Positions 20,306 through 30,611 of a DNA stretch of 64,000 bases are shown piece by piece (position 1 is the stretch's first letter; every line of letters begins with the position of its first letter). Origin of the DNA: Pelagomonas calceolata (taxonomy: Eukaryota); assembly GCA_918797485.1 (NCBI GenBank), contig CAKKNE010000004.1, forward strand, positions 2,852,001 through 2,916,000, in the 5' to 3' direction. A program made the translations under genes and the position numbers. The notes beneath the pieces are model-generated. The model did not search any database, was not told where the DNA came from, and saw only the letters and a program-made list of their open reading frames with translations.

Positions 20306-20933
20306 TAAAATACCGCATCGCATTCTTCCTGAACCTAAAGGCGAGTTCCTTCCTAAACTCCGACGCGTTGACATTCGTCAGCACCGTGACCTTCGGGGCG
20401 GTTTCGTCAGCCCAGGATCGTCTGTCCACGACAACCATGCCGTGCGCGTCTCCTGGCCCCACGACCACGTCGATTGCGACTGTTTTGGTCTCGTATAACG
20501 ATGGGTTTGTCAAATATGCCACAACGTGGGCGTCATGTACCGGAGCTCCTTCACAGGCATTCAGCAGGTCGCAGTAAGCCCCTCGGAATGTCGCAAAGGC
20601 GTCGGTGAAAATCTCGGGCGCATGCCGAACGTCCGCCTCAGTTTTGCCGGCTTCCCGCTTTTTCGCCCTCGCCGCCGCCGCCATCCACTCGGCCGCGGCG
20701 GCGCCCGGCGGGAGCGGTTGGGGCGGCGGGGGCCGCCGCGCCGCCGCTCGCAGCGACGACGCTCTCAGTTCTTCCACGCTGACCTCCTCCATCCGATGCG
20801 TCTCGAAGGCGAACTCGGTGCGGTGGCGCGTGACGCTACGTCTTGACCTCGCGTCGAACGCCATGTCTTGTTTCGTCGACACGGTCCCGTCGTCACGCGG
20901 GCTCCGCGGCGGCGTCGGCCAGCCCTCAGACAT
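20295..20933 (-). CDS. Protein with only the C-terminal part of an inosine/uridine nucleoside hydrolase domain
   Basis: GAPVHDAHVVAYLTNPSLY...HGMVVVDRR...KVTVLTNVNASEF matches the IU-NH C-terminus; no DxDxxxDD N-terminal motif found; ATG at 20933 in AAAAATG context. Confidence 0.6.
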   Translation of the reverse strand: MSEGWPTPPRSPRDDGTVSTKQDMAFDARSRRSVTRHRTEFAFETHRMEEVSVEELRASSLRAAARRPPPPQPLPPGAAAAEWMAAAARAKKREAGKTEADVRHAPEIFTDAFATFRGAYCDLLNACEGAPVHDAHVVAYLTNPSLYETKTVAIDVVVGPGDAHGMVVVDRRSWADETAPKVTVLTNVNASEFRKELAFRFRKNAMRYFTKY

Positions 20934-22912
20934 TTTTGCTTCCTCAATGTTACTCTTGTCTGGAAACACTGATGTGAACACCTCTTGTATTTGCGGTTTC
21001 ACAGGCGGCGCCGCGAGATATCGCGTGTGTAGAATGACCACACGCTACCGACGAAGCGGGCCGAGCGGATTGGCGTCTCTACGGCCGCCGCTTTTGCACG
21101 GCAAAAAATAATGAGCTAGCGTACTCGACATTCTAGCAAATCCAAAGATACGCCTCAATAGCGTCAAAAGAATGACCCAAATTCAGAATACATCCTAGTC
21201 GTTCGCCGAGACCAAATATTTCAGAGTAGCGGCCCGGGAACATACCCTCGCGCCTCCCGGAAGGCACCGCCCGCGACATTCGCAGATGAGTCTTACGAGT
21301 TTCCAAAGTAGACCAGCGCTTGACACCGCCATCTACCATACAGATGGTACATTATATCAACTCCAGCCCAGTTTTCATACATATTCGACGGAACCGGAGC
21401 CGACGGCCCGCGCTCGGAGGGCGGGAGAAGAATTCTACTAGACAACTCCCGAGTTTATGTTCGTTTTCTTTCGTTTGTTAGTGGTAGAGTCCATTTAGGC
21501 CGGATGGACTCAGACCGAGGTATGTTAGATGACCCATTAGAGCCGCGCGATTAGACGAGTTCGCGCCCTCACGTTTAGGTGAAGAGGAGTAAATAAGTAG
21601 GATCCGCGAGTATCAGCGACGACACTATCCAGATGGATCATAATCCCGTTGTTCTATTCACAATCGACCGACTTGCCCATTCTCCGCGGACGACGGTGCG
21701 TACGCGGGGCACTGAATTGGCCCCAGACCGGTGGTTTATAAAATAAATTCACGTTTGAGGCGCTTCGGTTCCGGGACGGGCCAGATAACCGGCCTGAGCG
21801 TGTCCTACATTTGATTTCCTATTGCCAAATGCTCCCGCGCCTCGTTGGTCTCGGGACCCCACTATCTAGCAAAGAATGGCGTTATACCTGGACCTGCGAC
21901 CATCAGCCCGTGTACCTTCACCATGGACCATGACGCGATCATTTGTTCCATGATCGACCGACTTACGCGAGCTCCAGATAAAGATGTTCACGTCCCGAGC
22001 GTGGGCAGCAAAAAGTACCCTTCTTATAATGTAGATGGCATATACTGGTAATTGACTATCGCTGGGGTAGTATGGGGTCCGAAGAGACCGCTATCACGAG
22101 TCCTGGGGGCCCTTTCAAAATTGGCGTATTGACGGTGACGGGGCACCATCGGGCCCAAATTGCACACTTTTTTCGGGGGCAGATCGGGTCCTGGAGGTCT
22201 CTCGGGGTAGATCCGGTGGTGGGTAGTCGCCTGTACCGCATACGCCGTCGATGCGACAGTCCGGGAGCTCTGGAAGCCATGGCCAAGTAATTCATGGTTT
22301 TGGGGCGCGCAGTGGTAAGAGAATTGGTCGATTATGCCCCGTGGCCTGGCGCATGCGGCGTAGGCGATTGCGCACGTCTATTACTGACTCTACGCGGTCC
22401 CGGGGACACCTCTTGGGCAGGGATCGACAGGATTCAGCCGGCGCGGCCGCCATGGCCCTGGCGCCACTGTCGGCCGCGAATTAAAAAAAATTCTTTTTCG
22501 GCCCCCGGTACGTGTCCCATTGCTCTCTCTGGACCATCAGCGAACGGAACGGAACTCAGACGGCTGCATGTCGCATCTGTGTTCCAAACCTAGTGTGTCT
22601 CTCGCCTAGCAAGCGGCCGCTGGCGCGGGCCATTGTTGCCCTCTCGGCTCGCCAATCGGTGCAATTTACGAATTGCTCGTCTATTCATACGACCACGACT
22701 GCACGGCGGCAGCGCGCGTGCAAGCTCTGCCGTATACGCTGCCGCAGCGCGCCTCACAGCAAGGGCAGCACGCAGCGCAGCGCGTAGCGGTGCCCGCGCT
22801 GGCTCGGGTTGCGTCACATAGTTCGTAAACCAGCGCACGCGCGCGCGGCGAGCTAACCGGCGGCAGACGGGCGCGCCGGGCGCACGCCGCCGCGAGCGCC
22901 GGCGCCGCAGCG

Positions 22913-23206
22913 ATGGCGTCCGCGCTCAAGGAAATGATCGGCAAGCAGATCAGCGTCATCACCTGCGACGGCCGCAACATCGTCGGCACGCTGCGCGGCT
23001 ACGACCAGGTGACGAACGTCATCCTCGAGGAGTGCCACGAGCGCGTCTACAGCCTCGACGCGGGCGTGGAGCAGGTCGTGCTCGGCCTGTACATCATCCG
23101 AGGCGACAACATCGCCATCATCGGCGAAATCGACCCGGAGCGAGACGCGAAAACGGACCTGTCAAAGGTCCGGGCAGAGGCGATGAAGCCCGTGAGCCAT
23201 TCTTAA
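22913..23206 (+). CDS. LSM8: U6 snRNA-associated Sm-like protein LSm8
   Basis: ISVITCDGRNIVGTLRGYDQVTNVILEECHERVYS...LGLYIIRGDNIAIIGEID is the LSm8 signature. Confidence 0.95.
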   Translation: MASALKEMIGKQISVITCDGRNIVGTLRGYDQVTNVILEECHERVYSLDAGVEQVVLGLYIIRGDNIAIIGEIDPERDAKTDLSKVRAEAMKPVSHS

Positions 23207-23850
23207 GTAGTAGTAGTTTTCTTTCCCGTCGCGTCGATGGCGTGGGTGGGGTGACCCGCGCGTCTCGCGGGTCCAGAACGGGGCGAAGGTCCCAGTGTGC
23301 ATACACTTGGGATACGTATGTTGCCTGAATTTTAAACTTGAATTCGCATGGGACCTGGTGGACGAGCCTTCCGGTGGGCTGGATGGACGGCGTGGCGGTC
23401 GGCTTCCGAGGCGTTGGCAGGAAATTTACTCGGCCTAGGCTAGTCAAGGGTCGTAGTCCAGTCAAAGCCTATGCCAAGTCCTATGGTACCAGACCCCCAC
23501 AGTCTATCAAAGCGCCAGGTCGTCCTCGGCTCCGGTCTTTGCAAAGAGCACGAGGAGTTCGCGGCGCACCAAACCGCCCCGCAGGACCCGCTCGCGCCTC
23601 AGTCGCAGCCACAGCGGCCCCACAGAGCCCAGCGCGCGCGAAACGAGCCGCGCCGCGCGTTTTAACGCGCGTTCAAAGCCGGGTCCGGTACCTTGCGGAG
23701 GGCACCCGCAGCGCCCCCCGAGAGCGCGAGACCGCCGAGACGCCACCGCCGCGCCTCCAGCCGCGAGCCAGACGCGCCCCGGCCCGAAAAAAAAGCCTCT
23801 GCGCCTAACGCGGAACGAACCCTATCGAGACGCACGACGCATAAACAAAG

Positions 23851-25481
23851 ATGAGCGACTCCGAGGACGAGCAGTACATCTATTCGGATGAAGAGGACGG
23901 GGATGGCGACGCCTTCATGGCCGAGAGCCCCTCGGCCAAGAAGGCGCGCGACGAGACGCACCCGGCGCGCGTCGAGGACGGCGCGTACGTCTTGATGGGC
24001 GCCGACGACGTCGCCAAGATGATGCTGGCCAAGGTCAAGCAGATTTCCGAGTTATTGGACGTCCCTCGAGACTGCGCCGAGGTCCTACTGAGGGAGAAGG
24101 GCTGGTCGCCCGAGCGGCTCACGGAGCAGTACTGGGCCGACGGCGAGAAGCTGAGGAAGGCCGCCGGTCTAGAAACGTGGACCTGGCCCGACGGCGAACG
24201 TAGTTCAGTGACGCTGCCGCAAGCTAGTGGTACGGTGACGTGCCGCATCTGCTTCGACGAGGTCCCGGCCGACAAGGCGAGGGCCGCGCCGTGCGGCCAC
24301 TCCTTCTGCGACGAGTGCTATGCTGGTTATTTGGACAATGCGGTCCAGGAGGGTGCTGGCTGCGTCTTGGCGCCGTGCCCGGAGCAAGAGTGCGCTACCA
24401 GTGTACCGCTGAAGCTCTGGGAGCAACTCTTAGACCAGGAGCGCTTCGAACGATTACGTAGATTCAGACTCGAGAACTTCGTCACGTCCTCGAAAGACCT
24501 CAGGTGGTGCCCCGGCGCGGGCTGCGACAAGATCGTGCGGAGCGGCGCGGCCTGCACCTCGGTCAAGTGTACCGTGGCCAACGGCGGCTGCGGCGCGGCC
24601 TTCTGCGTCCGCTGCGGCGAGGAGGCCCACCAGCCGGCCGGCTGCCCGGCCTTGGCGGAATGGGCCGAGAAGTGTCAAAATGAAAGCGAGACGGCGAACT
24701 GGATCCTGGCCAACACGAAGCGGTGCCCGAAGTGCCAGACGCGCATCGAGAAGAACCAGGGCTGCAACCACATGTCCTGCTCCCAGTGCAAGTACGAGTT
24801 CTGCTGGATGTGCATGGGCGACTGGTTTCGCGCGGCGTCCCTTTTCGTTGCTTGCGGCCATCGCGGCGATGGCGTCTGCGAGAGTACCGTACGCCGTCGA
24901 CGCGTCATTCCACACACAGGGCCGAGCACGGTGCGACGACCGGCGGCTTCTACAAGTGCAACCGCTTCGACCCGAGCAAGGACAACGAGGACGACCAGAG
25001 CGACACGGCCAAGGCCAAGCGCGAGTTGGATCGGTACCTCCACTACTACAAGCGCTACCACGGCCACGACCAGGCCCAGAAGTTCGCCACGAAGCAGCTC
25101 GAGGCCACCGAGAAGCGCATGATGGAGCTCCAGGAGACGACTTCCGGGAGTTGGATCGACGTCCAGTTTCTCAAGGCGGCCAACGAGATGGTCATCGACT
25201 GCCGCCGCGTGCTCAAGTACACGTACGTCTTCGGCTACTACCTCGACCCGAAGAAGAACAAGATGAAGGAGTTGTTTGAAAATTTACAAGAACACCTCGA
25301 GAAGTTCACGGAGCAGCTCTCGGAGATGACGGAGCTGCCGGTGGACCAGATGGACCGCACGGAGATCGTCAACGTCACGCGCGTGACCGAGTCCTTCCTC
25401 GTGAACCTCATCAAGGGCACGGAGAGCGGCCTCGACGTGCCGGTGGAGCCGCCGCCCGCGCCGGTCGCGGCCGCCAAGTAA
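23851..25481 (+). CDS. ARI1: Ariadne-type RBR E3 ubiquitin ligase; exons 23851-24824 and 24920-25481
   Basis: Acidic N-terminus, RING1, IBR, RING2 (TKRCPKCQTRIEKNQGCNHMSC) and Ariadne domain (LDRYLHYYKRY...CRRVLKYTYVFGYY). Removing the 95-nt GT..AG intron 24825-24919 joins the two ORFs as MGDW-AEHGATTGGFYKCNRF. Confidence 0.93.
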
Positions 25482-25654
25482 GTCCGCTGCCCGTCCGCGA
25501 GTAAGTCTATGTGCCAACTACGCTGTTTGATTCTTGCCCGCCCGCCCGGCGTCGCCGACTCGCTGCCGTCGGCGCTCGCCGGTTAGTCCTTGTGAGTTTA
25601 ATTTATATGAAGTAATTACGCGGGGAGGGATTGGGGAGGGATTCTTGTTGGCGG

Positions 25655-25710
25655 CAGCGCCCGACCAGTTTTTCTCACGTGCGGGGAGATGCTTTCCAGA
25701 TCTTCTGCTG
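25655..25710 (-). repeat. 56-bp conserved 3'-UTR element, copy 1
   Basis: 52/56 identical to 29782-29837. Confidence 0.9.
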
Positions 25711-25736
25711 CTTTTGGCTCACTTCAGGAGTGAGCA

Positions 25737-25991
25737 TTACGGTTGACGCAGTAGCCTTTCCACTCGTGGCCAATACCGGTGGCAGTCGTGCGAGCGCGAC
25801 ATAAAAGACGCGGGCGCGCGGGAAGCTTGAGATGTAACCGCGGTCGCGGCGAGCATACCGAGGACGAACGCCGCGGCGGCGGCGCCGCCGATAAGCGTCT
25901 TGGCGTTGACCTTGATGTCGCGGCTCAGGACCGGCGTCTCCGATTCGACGTCGGCGGCGGGCACTGTGTTCATCGTGGAGTAGGAGGCCAT
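25737..25991 (-). CDS. Short (84 aa) single-pass membrane protein; truncated paralog of 29853-30611
   Basis: MASYSTMNTVPAADVESETPVLSRDIKVNAKTLIGGAAAAAFVLGMLAATAV aligns with the N-terminus of the 29853-30611 protein. Confidence 0.6.
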   Translation of the reverse strand: MASYSTMNTVPAADVESETPVLSRDIKVNAKTLIGGAAAAAFVLGMLAATAVTSQASRAPASFMSRSHDCHRYWPRVERLLRQP

Positions 25992-26458
25992 TGTGCTAGG
26001 TACCTGCGTGGCGAGAGCGGTGAGCACCACGCGCCGGTCAGCGCGGCCGCGTCGGCCTCGCACGATGTCGGCAAGACTCAGTGATGCCCAAGTGACCAAG
26101 CCTCACAGTCGATTTGTTTTGGTCGCGCGAGCGGGCGTCCGCCCGCATTGAGACGCGTTCGTGGGCGCGTGGCGTGATTGCTCGGACGCCGTGATCGCTA
26201 CGATTGCGTGTTTGCTGTCTATAAGTCTGTCTAATAATCGAGTTGCTTTTGTCTCCTTGTGCCGGGTTTGTAGCGCGTTCTCTCGGAACGCGCGGTGTTC
26301 CGACGGCCGGAATTGCGCTTCAAAGCACGGCGACGACCCAGGGAGCGCTAGGACGCCTCCCAACCCCCACCAGAAGGATCCGCGCATCGCGCCACGTTTC
26401 CCGAACACGCGAGACGACTACACACTTTGTTAATTCGAAAGAAAACGAACCCCCACTT

Positions 26459-27644
26459 TCAGAAGAGGTAACACCGCGCCTCGCGCACGTTCGCGCAGGG
26501 CGGGCAGCGCACGCGGTACAGCGCGACCTGCAGAGCCAGCGCCGAGAAGAACCTGTGTGGAAATCAAATTTCGGGCGCCCCACGCCATCGACGCGATATT
26601 TTCTCCGTAGCTGCGTCTGCTCGATGGCGTGAACATTCCAGGCAACCTAACTAACTCACTGGTTGATTTCCACACAGCTCTCGACGGAATCGTCAAGTTG
26701 TCGTCGAGCAACAGCGGCTCGTACAGCTCCGTCAGCGTCGCCGTCGCCGCGGCCACGACCGCCGCGTACTCCGATAATTGCACGTCCCAGAAGAAGACCA
26801 TCGCGACCAGGAAACAGACGCAGAACATGGCCAAGCTTCCTTCCACGCTCTTCTTGCCTTCTCGGCCTAGTTTTAACGAGGCGACCTCGCCGCCGAACGA
26901 GACGCCGATCAACGCCGCGGCCATGTCGCCGAGCACTAAAAAAATAATCGCGCAGCTCGACACGTCCGGCGGCGAGACCTGCGTCGCGTGCAGGCGTCGC
27001 GTCGATGGCGTGCGGGGGTGCGGTCGCGTCGATGGCGTCGATGGCGCGTGGCGCCACCCCTACGCCATCGCCGCGACCCTACGCCATCACGGCGACGGCG
27101 TCGCTCACCGATCGCGCGCGCAGGTCGAAGGTAAACAGGTCGTGATTCGGGCACCGAACCACACAGTCATCGCCAGAGTACACCCGAGAGAAAAGTAGCA
27201 CCCGCCCGTCAACTGCTCGTGCTCGTGGTCCCGCAGGATCGTTTGCAGGGGCCAGTGCCGTGCGACGAACGGTATATGTAGCCGCGCGAGGTCCGCGCTC
27301 CAGCCTATACTCGTGATGGCCCACGCCATTAATATACATGTTCTTTGTCGAAAGCCCGCCTCGAGCAGCGCGAGGTGGATTAACGGAACTAACAAGCCGC
27401 ACAGGTGGAACGTCTTCCGCTCCAATTCGCGCAGCGCGCTCTTCACGCGCCGCAGGGGCACGCCCCATCCTCTAAGAGTTACCGACGGCCGCGGCCGCGC
27501 GCCGACGCCGCGCGGCGTGCCCAGCTTCACGCGGAACAGCAGCACGGACCCGACGGCGAGCAGCGCGACGACGACGGCGAGGTTGTACGTGACGTTGTCG
27601 AGGTCGTGCGCGTCCTGCGCCCGTTCCTCCCGCATGATCGTCAT
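26459..27644 (-). CDS. CTP-dependent lipid kinase (Dgk1/phytol/dolichol kinase-like, CTP_transf_1); exons 27644-27165, 26978-26686, 26552-26459
   Basis: ELERKTFHL, LGDMAAALIG, KKSVEGSLA and DDNLTIP motifs; two GT..AG introns (27164-26979, 26685-26553) give LAMT-VSPPDVSSCAIIF and DDNLTIP-FFSALALQ...YLF*. Confidence 0.85.
26553..26677 (-). mobile_element. Introner-like non-autonomous TIR element forming most of intron 26553-26685
   Basis: 15-bp perfect terminal inverted repeats CTGTGTGGAAATCAA/TTGATTTCCACACAG; internally similar to 29026-29143; its end supplies the 3' splice AG. Confidence 0.9.
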
Positions 27645-28159
27645 GGTGATCTGCTGCGACTCCGGTGTTTGGCGGCTTTGAGCAGGCGTATCCGGCGGCT
27701 TCGAGCGGTTGGCTCAAATCGTTTGAGCCCGGTTTGAGCTGTGGTGCGCACGGAGACGAATATCGCTGCAGCGGCTGCGTGCGGTGGATGCGTAGAAACT
27801 TGTTCTGATCGTGCCTACCACTCGTGGTGCAATCGACGCCTTTTTGAGCGCGAGTGGCGACCGAGTGTAAAAGTTAATCTCGCGTGGCTAGCGGAATGTA
27901 AGACACTAGGAATGAAGCAAGGATGGCCAGCCGGAGCTTTCGGGCCGCACGGCTCTCCGACCACTTTACAAGCTCATAAGGCAGCCCCAATAATAGCCCC
28001 ATCACGACAGACAACGCGTGCGGCGCGGGGCAGCATGAATCAAGGTCTTTGCTTCAGGATCCCCACGATCACAAATTGCGATAGCGTCGCGGCCGTCGTG
28101 TTGCGGGACAGCCGTACTTGCATAATGAGGACGCGGAGTGCAGCGGTGCGGGAGCAATA

Positions 28160-29587
28160 ATGGCGCCGCTCGTGGTGTATCTCATGTCGACGCGCTGCGC
28201 GTCGGCCACGCCATGGAACCACCGGGACCACCTGCGGACGCGCGTCGCGCCGGCGGCGGCGGCCTACGGCGCGCATTTGGAACATCCGATCGTGGCCGTC
28301 GTCGACGAGTGTGATGGTGAGGAGCTGCCGGTCTGCGAGCGGTGCGCGCCGTCGCCGCTCGCGCCCTTGGTATCGTCGGAGTGTACGAACTGCGACGGCA
28401 TCGACGTGATCGTCGCCAGCTGCCCGGGCGGCAACTCCGGCCGGGGCCCGGGCTGCAAGACGGACGCGGCGATTGCGCACTTCGCGCGCCGCTTTCCAGC
28501 TACAAACCCGGCGTGGCTCGCGTTCTCCGACGACGACATGCACTATTTCGTTCCCTGGTTCGCGGCGCTCCTCCGCTTTGTTGAAAAGGCGGGCCATTCT
28601 GCATCGGTGCCGCTGGCACTCGGGGGCCGGGACCGCAAGTTCAAGACGGAACGAATCCAGGCGTCGTTCCCCGGGTTGGGGTCGCGCACAAATCGCGCTC
28701 CCTGCCTGCTGACGGGCGCGCCGCGCATCGTGCTGCCGCTGGTGCTGTCGTCGGCGGGGGCCGAAAAGCTGGCGCCGCTTTGTTTGAACCGAGTTACCGA
28801 GAAACAGTGCGGACCGGTGTCTTTGATGCTCGCGTGGCCCAATGGACACGGCGTCGCCCTCCTAAGGCGAAGATTGCGGGTTCGAGTCCCGCCGTGAGTA
28901 CTCATGGTCCGCGCGCGCAGGTGCGGCGCGTTCCATACGACTCACGACACCTGCTTCGGCGTCGTGCTCTGGCGTCTGCAGATGAGGTACCTCCCGGTCT
29001 TCGAGGAGTGCCGGCTCGTGACGAACTGTGTGGAAATCAACCAGTGAGTTAGGTTACTAACCTCCACGCCATCGAGCCGCCGCAGTTACGGGGACGACGT
29101 CGCGTCGATGGCGTGGGGCGCCCGAAATTTGATTTCCACACAGGTGACGAACGTGCATCGCATCGGGGAAACGATCGGTGACGCCTGGCCGCTGGTCGCC
29201 GTCGACCGCGTCCACCGCGGCAGACGGCACCAGCGAGAACGGCAGACGTTTAGCGAGAACGAGAAACATTTGACCGACCACGACGCCGCGATCCGCCACG
29301 ATGGCTCGTTAGATCGCCTATCCGCGTGCGTCAATGCGACCGCCGCATCGCTGCTCGGAGACGTGCAGGGCGTCAAGCGCCCCATCGCGCCCGACGCCGC
29401 GCCGATGACGTTACAAGACTGCGGCGTCTGTCGCGACCTCTCGCCCAGCGAGCTCCAGCGGTTGCAGCACAAGCAGGCTGCCGAGGCGCGGGATCGCGTC
29501 TGCGCGCCGGGGCCGGTGCGGCGCGGCCGGATCGGCCGTATCGGGGGAGCGCGCAAACGACGACCCGTAATGTCGGACCCTCTGTAA
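28160..29587 (+). CDS. Fringe-like (GT31-type) glycosyltransferase; exons 28160-28806, 28921-29017, 29144-29587
   Basis: CKTDAAI...WLAFSDDDMHY (DxD-type motif) and, after splicing, KQCGAFHTTHDTCFGVVLWRL; both introns are GT..AG and restore one continuous frame. Confidence 0.65.
28828..28900 (+). tRNA. tRNA-Arg(CCT), located inside intron 28807-28920
   Basis: Cloverleaf: acceptor GCTCGCG/CGTGAGT+A, D-arm TGGCCCAATGGACACGGC, anticodon arm TCGCC-CTCCTAA-GGCGA, T-arm GCGGG-TTCGAGT-CCCGC; 73 nt. Confidence 0.95.
29026..29143 (+). mobile_element. Introner-like TIR element with 8-bp target-site duplication; intron 29018-29143
   Basis: TIRs CTGTGTGGAAATCAA/TTGATTTCCACACAG flanked by GTGACGAA at 29018-29025 and 29144-29151. 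Confidence 0.93.
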
Positions 29588-29781
29588 TTGTGAGTCTAGC
29601 GGTCGCGTCCGCGGACTCCGCGCCGAGTCCGCGGCGTCACGCGACCACCTCCGCGGCGCTGACGCAACCGTCCCGCGCGTCGAGAATCCCGAAGCTTCCC
29701 GGGCGACAGGAGGACTTGTTCTAGTGTATCTTTGTTTAGGGATGGATCTTACGTGGGAGGGGGCGGGGAGGGAGTAGGGCA

Positions 29782-29837
29782 CAGCGCTCGACCAGTTTTT
29801 CTCACGAGCCGGGAGATGCTTTCCAGATCTTCTACTG
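29782..29837 (-). repeat. 56-bp conserved 3'-UTR element, copy 2
   Basis: 52/56 identical to 25655-25710. Confidence 0.9.
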
Positions 29838-29852
29838 TATGTTCTTAGCTGC

Positions 29853-30611
29853 TTAGCAATTGGCGTTGCAAACGGAAAACGTGTAGGTGCTTTGGTACCA
29901 CTTTTCGCCGACGAATGCCGTGACGGTTGCCGTTTTCGACTGTGTGGTTACCCCATTGGGGTAGCCGTAATTGTAATTCGGGAGGGTATACTTGGCCGAG
30001 GCTGGCATGGAACTCCCGCGGAGCCCGGATCTCTTGTTCACGATGGGTCCGTCGACGAATGAGAATTCGCCGCCAGTGCAGAGTGCTTTGGGGAACTCGA
30101 TTCCGGCGGGACTGGCGACTGCGGCGTACCCGGGGTCGCCCAGGCCGCCTGCGAACGCCCAGGCTGTGACCCGCGACAAAGAGTCAGCCCCATCAATGCT
30201 CTTCAGAGTAAAGGTGACGACCTGGTCCCTCGGGGCCTGGAACTTGTAATCCTCCGTCTCGGACACAGCCTGCGGATTGGGCCAGTCGGACCAAACGGCC
30301 AGTCCCGCGGCGCTTAGTGGACCGCTTGACGGGCCGTACGTGCTGTCTACGTAGGGCGCGTCGCACGTCCACTTCTTAGTACCGCGATCGGCGACCGCCG
30401 CGGCGAAATTCGTCGCGCCGCCGGCTTTGTAGAGCGCCGAAGAGTTCGTGCGCGCGGGTGCCCCGCTCACGACGGTCGCGGCGAGCGCGCCGAGCAAGAA
30501 CGACGCGACGGCGGCGCCACCGATGACGGTCTTGAGGTTGACGCGAACGTCACGGTTCAGAAGCGGCGTCTCGGCCTCGGCCTCGCCCGGCACGGTAGCG
30601 TAAGAGGCCAT
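29853..30611 (-). CDS. Type II membrane-anchored protein with a beta-rich C-terminal domain, unknown function
   Basis: 252 aa from ATG 30611; one hydrophobic segment (VIGGAAVASFLLGALAATVV) then a Gly/Thr/aromatic-rich domain. Confidence 0.75.
   Translation of the reverse strand: MASYATVPGEAEAETPLLNRDVRVNLKTVIGGAAVASFLLGALAATVVSGAPARTNSSALYKAGGATNFAAAVADRGTKKWTCDAPYVDSTYGPSSGPLSAAGLAVWSDWPNPQAVSETEDYKFQAPRDQVVTFTLKSIDGADSLSRVTAWAFAGGLGDPGYAAVASPAGIEFPKALCTGGEFSFVDGPIVNKRSGLRGSSMPASAKYTLPNYNYGYPNGVTTQSKTATVTAFVGEKWYQSTYTFSVCNANC

Noticed and set aside
21478..21530. tRNA A-box-like TAGTGGTAGAG (also GCGCAGTGGTAAG near 22306)
   Set aside because: No T-loop GTTCGA and no cloverleaf.
21882..21895. 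ATACCTGGAC resembling the U1 snRNA 5' end
   Set aside because: Lacks the invariant ACTTACCTG, and I could not see U1 stems or an Sm site in the right spacing.
23253..23273. 8-bp hairpin GACCCGCG-N5-CGCGGGTC after LSM8
   Set aside because: A single short GC stem is expected by chance here, and bacterial-type terminators do not apply.
23338..23808. ORFs between LSM8 and Ariadne
   Set aside because: No domain, weak codon bias, and the longest lacks an ATG start; probably UTR/promoter.
25655..25710. Conserved 3'-UTR element as a SECIS
   Set aside because: No AUGA/GA quartet geometry, and neither upstream ORF has an in-frame UGA.
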